Shown here piece by piece: positions 1 to 8,578 of a stretch of 8,578 bases of DNA. The DNA is taken from positions 1 to 8,578 of the forward strand of contig NW_021828388.1 of NCBI RefSeq assembly GCF_006345805.1. The letters are read 5' to 3'. The notes beneath the pieces are model-generated. The model saw only the letters and a list, made by a program, of their open reading frames with translations, was not told the DNA's origin and searched no databases. Position numbers and translations under genes: made by a program. Source of the stretch: Octopus sinensis (taxonomy: Eukaryota). Positions within the stretch are counted from its first letter, which is position 1; each line of letters begins with the position of its first letter.

Positions 1-176
1 GCTCATCCATGCTGGTTTCTTTAATTTTCAGCCATTCAATCATGATTTGATTTTTTAGCTCATGTAGTTCTGTTGGGTCAATATTTGTGTGACTTTCTTT
101 ATCTATTTGATGCTCATCTATTTGCTTATCTATTTGATGCTTATTATTATTATTTGATGCTTATCTATTTGATGCT
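1..176 (-). mobile_element. Probable 5'-truncated end of a further R4/Dong-like retrotransposon (N-terminal ORF region) continuing left of the window
   Basis: The minus strand reads open from the (AAT)n junction to the window edge: ..HQIDKESHTNIDPTELHELKNQIMIEWLKIKETSMDE. This resembles the charged helical region upstream of RT in R4/Dong ORFs, and the orientation and microsatellite context match the other copies. No catalytic motif is inside the window, so the call is inference. Confidence 0.4.
100..176. repeat. Short tandem reiteration of the 15-mer TATCTATTTGATGCT interleaved with ATT repeats
   Basis: Full copies at 100-114, 127-141 and 162-176. A shortened copy lies at 115-126 and a partial copy fused to (ATT)n at 142-161. 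Confidence 0.9.
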
Positions 177-204
177 TATTATTATTATTATTATTATTAT
201 ATTA

Positions 205-276
<72 letters not shown>
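177..276. repeat. (ATT)n/(TAA)n microsatellite
   Basis: Nearly pure ATT triplets read directly, with two small phase slips. Confidence 0.98.
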
Positions 277-277
<1 letters not shown>

Positions 278-3070
278 TATGTTTGACTTTTGCTTTATAT
301 TTGTACAAGTTGGCTCCAAGTCTCACCCAGAGACCTCAAGAGACAACAAGTTGGAAGTTCGTGTTGGTGTTATGCCTAGGGTGCCATATATTTGGTTTTG
401 TACTTAGTGTTGTACTAGTGAATGCCTAAAAAACCATATGAAAATTATGTTTGTTTTAAAACTTGAGATTACATGGAAAGTATTTTGCATAGGATATGAG
501 CAGTTCCCATGAGCACTATCTTTTGAATTTCTGCCATTTTGGGGTTTCTTGGTATCTGAGTTAGGTAGCAATCAGCCCCTTTTGCTATCATTCCCAGGAC
601 ACCTATGACAACAGGTATTGTTTTAGTCTTCAGCTTCCACATTTTGCTGATTTCTATTTCAAGATCTTTATATTAGCTCAGTTTTTGGTAGGTCTTGACA
701 GATACGTTTATATCGATTGGGACAGTCATATCAATGAGGAGGCAAGCTTTTTGTCTGAAGTCTTTTACTATGATGTCTGGCCTATTCGCGTCTATCTTTC
801 TGTCAGTTTGAATGGTGAAGTTCCATAGGAGTGAGATGTGGTCATTTTCAAGCACTGGAGGTGGTTTGTGTTCGCACCAGTTTTTATCATGGGGCAAGTC
901 CAGGCTTCTGCAAGTTACCCAGTGAATATATTGTGCAGCTCTATCATGCCTGTTGAGATACTCTGTAGGCGCAAGAAGACTGCACTTGGAGACAACATGA
1001 TCAATGGTTATATTTTGTTGTTGACATACACGACATGTTGGGCTACTGCCGTTCTTTAATATGTTGGCCTGGTAGTTTCTTGTTGGTAGGCATTGATCTT
1101 GAGCTGCTATGATAAACCCTTCTGTTTCAGATTTTAAGCCAGAGGCCATTAGCCATTGATAGGTCAGGGCTTTGTCAACATCTGCATTATTCACTCTCTT
1201 TGGATATTTGCCATTGAGAGGTTTTTCTTGCCATTTATCATTCTGAATAACTAAGACATCAGTTTTAGCACAGGTTTTCATGCGCTTAGCTTTTTCTGTG
1301 CTTGTTTCTTGTATGTCTATCTCTAATTCCGAAATTTGTTGTATTCGGAATTCACTTAGATATTCCTTTGCCTGTTTTGTTACTGAGTTTGATGCTTTCT
1401 TGTTTTCATTTTTGAGACAAATTTTAACAGCCAATCCTCAGAGTTTTTCAGGTAGGTGTCTAGGACAATTGTAGCAACCTTCATGGTTATTGCCAGTTGT
1501 AAAATCCCACGGCCTCCCTCTTTTCATAGTAGATAAAGTCGATCTATATCTGCCTTAGGGTGGTGCATTCTATGCATTGTCATCAGTTTTCGTATTTTTC
1601 TGTCAAGATTTCCGTTAACAATAAGTTAACTGTAAGTCACGACTGGTATGGCTAAAGTATTGATCGCTTCGATCCTGTTTCTTGCATTCAGCTCTGTCTT
1701 GAGTATTGCTCTTACTCTGCGATGACATTCTCTCCTAATCCTTTCCTTCATCATTGAATATTTTATTCCCTCCACTTCAATTACCAGTAGGTACTTGTAG
1801 CTCTCCACCCCTAGGTACTTGTAGCTCTCCACTGGGTCTAACTCTTTTATGACATTCTGCTGGTCGAGGTAAACGTTAGATGTTTCTGTCATTTTTCCTT
1901 TGATAAAATTAGCTTTTGCACATTTATCGAGGCCAAATTGCATTCTGATATCATCGGGGAATTGTTTAACAACCTTTAGTAAGCACTTGAGTTGTTGGCC
2001 ATTTTTTTGCAAAGAGCTTTAAATCATCCATGTAAATGAGATGATTTATATTTTTATCCAACATTTTATATCCGCACTGTGCATCATTGAGCAATTTTGA
2101 GAGAGGTATTAAGGCTAAACAAAAGAGGAGTAGTAATAGTGAGTCGCTCTGGAAAATGCCACCTGAAATTTTTACATCACCAGCATTTAGAGATTCATTT
2201 TCACTGTTCAAAGTTAGTGTGGTTCTCCATGATCTCATACTTACGGACAAAAAGTTTCGCAGAGTAGACGCTATTTTGTACATTTCTAGGCATTTCTTTA
2301 TCCAGCTATGTGGTAGGCTATCAAAAGCCTTTTTTAGTCTATCCAGGCTATTGACAAGATTTTGTGTCATATGTGATAATCTTCTAAGATCATCTTATTG
2401 GTGAGTAGCTGATCTTTACAACCATAGGATCCACGTTTACATCCTTTCTGTTCATTAGGGAATATGCTGCTGTCTGTCAAAAAACTATAGGTATATTCCG
2501 TCAGGACAGATGTTAGCGTTTTATATACATCGTTGTTAAGCAGGTTATGGGTCTATAGTTTTTTGGTTCATTTGTTTCTTCACTTTTTGGGAGCAGGAAT
2601 GTTAACCCATTAACTAGCCAAGGAGGCATCATACTAGGATGTTGCAAAACATAATTGTAAAGTGCTGTTAGCAGTTCATGGCTCTCTGGGAAAAGATTCA
2701 ACCAGAAGTTAGGGAGACTTCCATTTGCTTGACCTCCTGAGAGTAGATCTTACATCTTCTACCTTGACACCCTCCCACTTTTACTCCTCTAAGGAGTACA
2801 AGTCCGTAGCTATTCTATCAATCCAAGGGGCCTCTTGGTTGGGTGTTTTTTCTTCTGCCCAAATTTAATTCCAAAAACCGTGCACTTCGTCTTTTGATGG
2901 TACAGACTTTACAGTAACTGGTGTTTTCCCTATCTTCCTGTAAACATTTTTGGGTTATCTTTGAACATGTTGTCCTTGAACAATCTAACACGCTTTTCAT
3001 ACCTCGCTATGCGGGCAGCTTTAGCAGATACATTTTGCTTCATGGTTTCTTTGGTGGCATCAATCACGTA
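277..3070 (-). mobile_element. RLE-type non-LTR retrotransposon, R4/Dong-like, family A copy 1 (5'-truncated, ~2.8 kb)
   Basis: Contains RT, CCHC and RLE coding remnants followed by a ~190-nt 3' UTR (277-468) that ends ...GTCAAACATAG|AATAAT. The 3' end is identical to the copy at 4657. The 5' end runs directly into (ATT)n at 3071. Confidence 0.92.
469..3070 (-). pseudogene. Disrupted RT / CCHC zinc knuckle / restriction-like endonuclease polyprotein of family A
   Basis: Motifs in order across frames: KETMKQNVSAKAARIARYEKR; PKNYRPITCL; EQKGC..GSYGCKDQL; KKAFDSLPHSW; GIFQSDSL; YMDD (2023-2034); YKYLG; MHHPKADIDRLY..KEGGRG; GLKSETEGFIIAAQDQ; CRVC-x8-H-x4-C (982-1035); RHD; ANRPDIIVKD..CLLIDMTVP; GTAHIL. 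The natural stop is at 469-471. There are several frameshifts and in-frame stops, including TAA at 673-675 replacing the Lys of KxxKY. Confidence 0.93.
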
Positions 3071-3130
<60 letters not shown>

Positions 3131-3143
3131 CATTATTATTATT

Positions 3144-3197
<54 letters not shown>

Positions 3198-3222
3198 GTC
3201 ATCGTCATCATCGTCATCATCG

Positions 3223-3299
<77 letters not shown>
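3071..3299. repeat. Compound microsatellite (ATT)n-(ATC)n with GTC variants-(ATT)n
   Basis: ATT at ~3071-3143, ATC at ~3144-3266 with four GTC interruptions, ATT at 3267-3299. Confidence 0.98.
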
Positions 3300-3828
3300 G
3301 AGTGAGAGAGCAGTTCATGCCATCAAAGTGACACTGGGGAAAATATACGAAGCCCAATATACCCATCATGACTACCCGTCTGATAAAGGTACACCAGGCA
3401 CATGCATCACAACCATATGTGCGCGACATGGTGATCTCATATCAAGATAAACAGCACATGACCTTGCAGGTGGGGCCCAGTTAGAATTTTCTTCAGTTGA
3501 GTAGCCCATCCCGCTCAAAAGGTCCCTGAATAAGGGTTACTTTAGGATGTTGAACGAAACACCTATGTTTCCAGAGGTGAATTATTCAAACTCCAAAGAA
3601 TCCCTCTCAACACATGGCCATGATGCTCCCCCACTACTTCTGCTCGTGATCAGAGATGCACGTATTGTCAGCCACTAAGGGACATGCTCAACTGGTTAAG
3701 GTCAAACAACTGACAAGCAAATCTGTGGTATTGAGCAGAATATTTGCTGTAGCCCATCTTTTATACCAAGACAGAACAATGTACATGATACCACTTCCAA
3801 TCAGTTAAGATCAGAAGCCATGAGAGCC
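3300..3828 (-). mobile_element. Non-coding ~530-bp interspersed element 'S', copy 1 (putative non-autonomous TAA-targeting retroelement)
   Basis: Colinear with 5160-5680 and flanked on both sides by (ATT)n. The left boundary (ATT|GAGTGAGAGA) is shared with copy 2. No conserved ORF, terminal inverted repeats or LTR pair was seen. The strand is inferred from the shared left end and a G.U-compatible hairpin. Confidence 0.7.
3758..3801 (-). promoter_or_regulatory. Possible CCAAT box plus TATA box (ATTGG-N31-TATAAAAG) in S copy 1
   Basis: CCAAT at 3797-3801 and TATAAAAG on the minus strand at 3758-3765. The same motifs and spacing occur in copy 2 (5649-5653 and 5610-5617). This is a motif match only. 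Confidence 0.25.
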
Positions 3829-3865
<37 letters not shown>

Positions 3866-3941
3866 TACTACTATTATTATTATTATTATTATTATTACTA
3901 CTATTAATATTATTATTATCATTATTATTATTATTATCATT
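3829..3941. repeat. (ATT)n microsatellite with ACT/ATC/AAT variants
   Basis: Read directly from the sequence. Confidence 0.97.
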
Positions 3942-4541
3942 CAGTAGTTTTATTTTTATAGCGTGCTTTCACTTCACTTCCGAGTGCAGCTCTGTGTGCC
4001 TTGAGTATGTGCTGTGATTTGTTGTGATGCTCTGATGGTTATTGTATGGAAAGTGTTCTGCGTAGGATGTGTGCAGTGCCTAGTAGTGCAATTTTCTGTA
4101 TGTTATATGTGTTTGTAAGTCCTGGTGTTTTTGTTATGTATTTGTCTGAATATTTTTTTATCATGCCTAATGCACCTACTATGATAGGAATTGTTTCTGT
4201 TTTCAGATTCCACATTCTAGTTACCTCCATTTCCATGTCTTTGTATTTTGAATGTTTCTCCATTTCTTTTAGAGACACATTGTCATCTGCCGGTATTGAT
4301 ACATCAATTAGAAAGCATTTTGTTTCCTCATATCTTTGACAACTATATCTGGTCTGTTGGCCTTAATTTTTCTATCTGTGTGTATCGACATATCCCAGAG
4401 TATGGTTGCTTTCTCGTTTTCTGTAACCTTTTCTGGTGTGTGCCTATACCATTTTTTTTCTGTTGTTATTCCATAATGTTGGCATAGCTTCCAGTGTATG
4501 TAGGTTCCAACTCTATCATGTCTGTGAATATATTCCTTCTT
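3942..4541 (-). mobile_element. R4/Dong-like retrotransposon family B copy 1 (severely 5'-truncated, ~0.6 kb)
   Basis: Colinear with 5951-6556. It has a ~97-nt 3' UTR ending ...AAACTACTG|AAT and an RLE coding remnant upstream. Confidence 0.92.
4039..4541 (-). pseudogene. C-terminal RLE endonuclease fragment of family B
   Basis: Reads KKEYIHRHDRVGTYIHWKLC..ILWD..ANRPDIVVKD, then a frameshift near 4325, then CFLIDVSIPADDNVSLKEMEKHSKYKD..GTAHILRRTLSIQ. The stop is at 4039-4041. Confidence 0.9.
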
Positions 4542-4553
4542 CTTCTTCTTCTT

Positions 4554-4632
<79 letters not shown>

Positions 4633-4656
4633 TATTATTATTATTATTATTATATT
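4536..4656. repeat. Compound microsatellite (CTT)16-(ATT)n
   Basis: CTT at 4536-4583 (48 nt) and ATT at 4584-4656. Confidence 0.98.
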
Positions 4657-4996
4657 CTATGTTTGACTTTTGCTTTATATTTGTACAAGTTGGCTCCAAG
4701 TCTCACCAGAGACCTCAAGAGACAACAGGGTGGAAGTTCATGTTGTTGTTATGCCTAGTGTGCCATATATTTGGGGGGTGGGGATGTTGTACTAATGAAT
4801 GTCTAAAAAAAAAAAGTTTTTTTTTTTTTTTTTTTAAACCGAAAATTATGGTTGTTTTAAACCTTGAGGTTACATAGAGAGTATTTTGCGTAGGATATGA
4901 GCAGTTCCCATGAGCACTATCTTTTGAACTTCGACCATTTTTGGGTTTCCTGGTATCTGAGTTAGGTAGCTATCAGCCCCTTTTGCTATCATTCCC
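4657..4996 (-). mobile_element. R4/Dong-like retrotransposon family A copy 2 (severely 5'-truncated, ~340 bp)
   Basis: Colinear with 277-595; 9 mismatches in 127 nt of the coding part by hand count. It encodes GMIAKGADSYLTQIPGNPKMVEVQKIVLMGTAHILRKILSM, with the stop at 4870-4872. Confidence 0.92.
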
Positions 4997-5001
4997 TTTC
5001 C

Positions 5002-5159
<158 letters not shown>

Positions 5160-5695
5160 GAGTGAGAGAACAGTGCATGTCATCAAAGTGACACTGGCGT
5201 AAAATATACGAAGCCCAGTATACCCATCATGAGTACCCGTCTGATAAGGGTGCTCCAGGCCCATATCCATATGTGCGCCACGTGGCGATCTTATATCAAT
5301 ATAAACAGTGCATAACTCTACAGATGTGTCCCAGTTAGAATTTTCTTCAATTTCAGTAGCCCATCACACTCAAAAGTACCCTGAATTAAGTTTGTTTAAA
5401 GATGAACAAAATACCCAAGTTTCCGGAGGGGTATTATTGAAACCCCAAAGAATTCCTCTCAACACATGGCTATTGTGCTCCCCAACTACTTCTGCTCGTG
5501 ATCAGAGATGCACATATCGTCAGCCACTAAGGGACATGGCCAACTGGTTAAAATCAAGCAAATGACAAGCAAATCTGTGGTATTGAGCAGAATATTTGCT
5601 GTAGGCCATCTTTTATACCAAGACAAAACAATGTACATGATAATACTTCCAATCAGTTAAGATCAGCAGCCATGAAAGTCCCTGCCTGGTACTGC
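5160..5695 (-). mobile_element. Non-coding element 'S', copy 2
   Basis: Colinear with 3300-3828, with the same left boundary. It extends 15 nt further on the right (CCTGCCTGGTACTGC) and is flanked by (ATT)n on both sides. Confidence 0.7.
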
Positions 5696-5810
5696 ATTAT
5701 TGTAATTATTATATAATATATTATTATTATTATTATTATATTATTACTATTATTATTATTATTATCATTAATATTATTATTATTATTATTAATATTATTA
5801 TTACTACTAC

Positions 5811-5871
<61 letters not shown>

Positions 5872-5878
5872 ATATTAC

Positions 5879-5930
<52 letters not shown>

Positions 5931-5950
5931 TTATTATTATTATTATTATT
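5696..5950. repeat. Degenerate (ATT)n microsatellite
   Basis: ATT tract with AAT/ACT/ATC interruptions. Confidence 0.97.
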
Positions 5951-8457
5951 CAGTAGTTTATTTTTATTTTTATAGCGTGCTTTCACTTCACTACCGAGCG
6001 CAGCTCTGTGTCCCTTGGGTATGTGCTGTGATTTGTTGTGATGCTCTGATGGTTTTGTATGGAAAGTGTTCTGCGTAGGAATGTGTGCAGTGCCTAGTAG
6101 TGCAATTTTCTGTATGTTATATGGTTTTTGTAAGTCCTGGTGTTTTTCTTATGTATTTGTCTGAATATTTTTTTATCATGCCTAATGCACCTACTATGAT
6201 AGGAATTGTTTCTGTTTTCAGATTCCACATTCTAGTTACCTCTATTTCCAGGTCTTTGTATTTTGAGAGTTTCTCCATTTCTTTTAGAGACACGTTGTCA
6301 TCTGCCGGTACTGATACATCAATTAGAAAGCATTTTTTTCTTCATGGTCTCTGACAACTATATCTGGTCTGTTGGCCTTAATTTCTCTATCTGTGTGTAT
6401 CGGCATATCCCAGAGTATGGTTGCTTTCTCGTTTCTCTGTGACCTTTTCTGGTGTGTGCCTATACCATCTTTTTTCTCTTGTTATTCCATAATGTTGGCA
6501 TAGCTTCCAATGTATGTAAGTTCCAACTCTGTCATGTCTGTGAATATTTCCTTCTTAGCCAGGACTGGCGCAGCTAGAGATAATATGATTTATTGTTTCT
6601 TGTCCATCTCCACATATTCTGCAGTTACTCGTAATATTTCTTTTCATTACATGTTTTTGGTAATTTCTGGTGGGGAGGCTTTGGTCTTGTGCTGCAATTA
6701 AAAATCCCTCTGTTTCTGCTTTGAGTCCATTGCTGGGATTTTTCTTTGTCTATTTCTTTTGCGTTTAGTTTAGTCCAGTATTTACCATGAAGGGGCTTTT
6801 CTTGCCATCGTTTTATCATGGTTCGTTGCTGTTCTATTTTAGTTTGGATTTCATTTTTTTATAGCTTTTGTTGTTTCTTCATCTTCTTCTTCTTCTTCTT
6901 CTTCATGTTTATTAGGTGGTATGATTTCTTGTTTGTATTTGTCAGCTTCCTTAAATACTGAGAACAGTTTTTTGTTTTCTCGTGTTTTGCCGCTATCTGG
7001 ATCAGTTTTCCTTCCTTCTGAAGTAGATATTTTGCAGTCCTATGGTGGTTATTTTATAGTAGTTTTCCAGCTGTATAAGGCCTCTACCACCTTCTATACG
7101 TTGTATATATAGTCCTTCTATCAGATTTAGGGTGATGCATCCTAGATCCTGTCATTATTTTTCTTGTTTTCCTATCTATTTTGGTCAGTTCATTTCGTGT
7201 CCAGTTAAGGATATTGTAGCTGTAACTTATAACTGGGACAGCTAAAGTGTTGATACCTATTATCTTGTTTTTAGCATTGACTCTGTTGTTTAGTATTGAT
7301 CTAACTCGTCTATAATATTCTTTTTTTATTTTCTCTTTCATTTGTGTGTGTTGTGTTTATCTAGTTCATGGATTCCTAAGTATTTGTAAGTTGGCTTTGT
7401 CTAATTCTTTTATTTCATTTGCTTCATCTAGTGTGATGTTGTTACTCTTAACTAGTTTTCCTCTTTTCGTGGTTACTTTGGCGCATTTTTTCTAGTCCAA
7501 ATTTCATATCTATTTCTTTGGTAAATCCATGAACTGTCTTTAATAGTGTTTCCAGCTGTTTGTCATTTGCAGCGTATAGTTTTAGGTCATCCATATATAA
7601 AAGGTGGCTGATCGTTTTGCCGTACATTTATATCCGCATCCAGTTCTATTTAGCATATCAGATAGAGGTGACAGTGCCAAGCAGAAAAGGAGTGGAGAGA
7701 GCGTATCTCCCTGGAATATTCCTCTTTTAATGGGGATGTCTTTGGTTTTCATGAGTCCCTCGTTTGTTTGGAGGTGTAGGACTGTTTGCCATTTATTCAT
7801 AGAGTGCTCTATGATTTTATGATTGTTGGTGCTACTTTGTTAATGGCTAGTGTTTCGAGGATCCATGTGTGGGGGATGCTATCAAACGCCTTTTTGTAGT
7901 CAATCCAGGCCATACTGAGGCCTTTCTTCTTTCTGTGGCTGTCTTCAGTTACGGCTTTATTAATCATTAGTTGATCTTTACAGCCATATGAGCCTTTGCG
8001 GCATCCTTTCTGCTCTTCTGGGAACAGTTTGTATTCGTCCAGGTGCTTGTTCAGCCTTTGTGATATCACTGCAGTAAATGCCTTGAACATAGTAGGGAGG
8101 CAGGTTATTGGTCTGTAGTTTTCTGGTTTTTTCTGTTTCATTTGATTTGGGAATTAAGATGGTTTTCCCCTTCGTGAGCCATTCAGGCATTGTCTCTGGC
8201 TCTGCTAGTACGTTGTTAAAGTTTTCAGCCAGCTTTTTGTGCATTCCTGTTAGATATTTCAACCAGAAGTTGGGGATCTTGTCATGCCCAGGTGCCTTCC
8301 ATTTGCTTAGTCTTTGCAGTGCCGGGTGACCTCTTCAGTTGTTATGGGGGTCCAAATTTGTTCAGATGCCGAGTTTGTTATTTTGATACTCCTTTTTTTT
8401 GGTGGTTCGTTTGCCGACCATAATTCTCCCCAGAATTCTTCCAATTCTTCTGCCGTT
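5951..8457 (-). mobile_element. R4/Dong-like retrotransposon family B copy 2 (5'-truncated, ~2.5 kb)
   Basis: Has the same 3' end as the copy at 3942, RT/CCHC/RLE remnants, and a 5' end joined to (ATT)n near 8457. Confidence 0.92.
6053..8455 (-). pseudogene. Disrupted RT / CCHC / RLE polyprotein of family B
   Basis: Motifs across frames: KWKAPGHDKIPNFWLK; PENYRPITCL; EQKGCRKGSYGCKDQL; AWIDYKKAFDSIPHTW; RGIFQGDTLSPLLFCLAL; YMDD (7586-7597); MHHPKSD; EGGRGLIQL; WQEKPLHGKY; CRIC-x8-H-x4-C; RHD; ANRPDIVVRD; GTAH. There are many frameshifts, and the natural stop has been lost by a 1-nt deletion relative to copy 1. Confidence 0.93.
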
Positions 8458-8474
8458 ATTATTATTATTATTAA

Positions 8475-8515
<41 letters not shown>

Positions 8516-8578
8516 TTTTTATTATGAGTAGTAGTAGTAGTATTAGTAGTATTGTTGTTGGTGTTATATTTATTAGTA
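8458..8578. repeat. (ATT)n microsatellite degenerating into AGT/GTT triplets
   Basis: Read directly from the sequence. Confidence 0.93.

Noticed and set aside
3379-3388. CTGATAA resembling a hammerhead CUGANGA core
   Set aside because: G8 is missing, and I found no GAAA core partner with supporting stems.
3684-3700. tRNA A-box/D-arm-like TGCTCAACTGGTTAAGG (TGGCCAACTGGTTAA in copy 2)
   Set aside because: There is no GTTCRANNC B box at suitable spacing and no cloverleaf, and it lies mid-element on the opposite strand. It is not enough to call a tRNA or tRNA-derived SINE.
3501-3758. 10-bp direct repeat GTAGCCCATC within S (3501-3510 and 3749-3758)
   Set aside because: One 10-mer repeat in 530 nt is not unlikely by chance, and it is imperfect in copy 2.
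5308-5565. 85-aa plus-strand ORF inside S copy 2
   Set aside because: It has no recognisable motif, and copy 1 has indels in the same interval that do not preserve it.

Overview
This is AT-rich eukaryotic repeat DNA with no host gene. The whole window is a head-to-tail stack of at least six, probably seven, mobile-element insertions separated by (ATT)n/(TAA)n microsatellite tracts. Four insertions are 5'-truncated, decayed non-LTR retrotransposons on the minus strand, of the restriction-like-endonuclease (RLE) type and most like the R4/Dong clade (RT with YMDD, CCHC knuckle, PD..D endonuclease). They fall into two distinct families: A (277-3070 and 4657-4996) and B (3942-4541 and 5951-8457). 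A probable further copy enters from the left edge (1-176). Two copies of a ~530-bp non-coding element, here called S (3300-3828 and 5160-5695), sit in the same microsatellite and share the 3'-junction phase of the retrotransposons. S is the best candidate for something undescribed: a possible non-autonomous, TAA-targeting passenger of Dong/R4 machinery. No element has an intact ORF. The poly-I/Y/L/H/N/M ORFs in the supplied track are microsatellite translations. All alignments and counts were done by hand.
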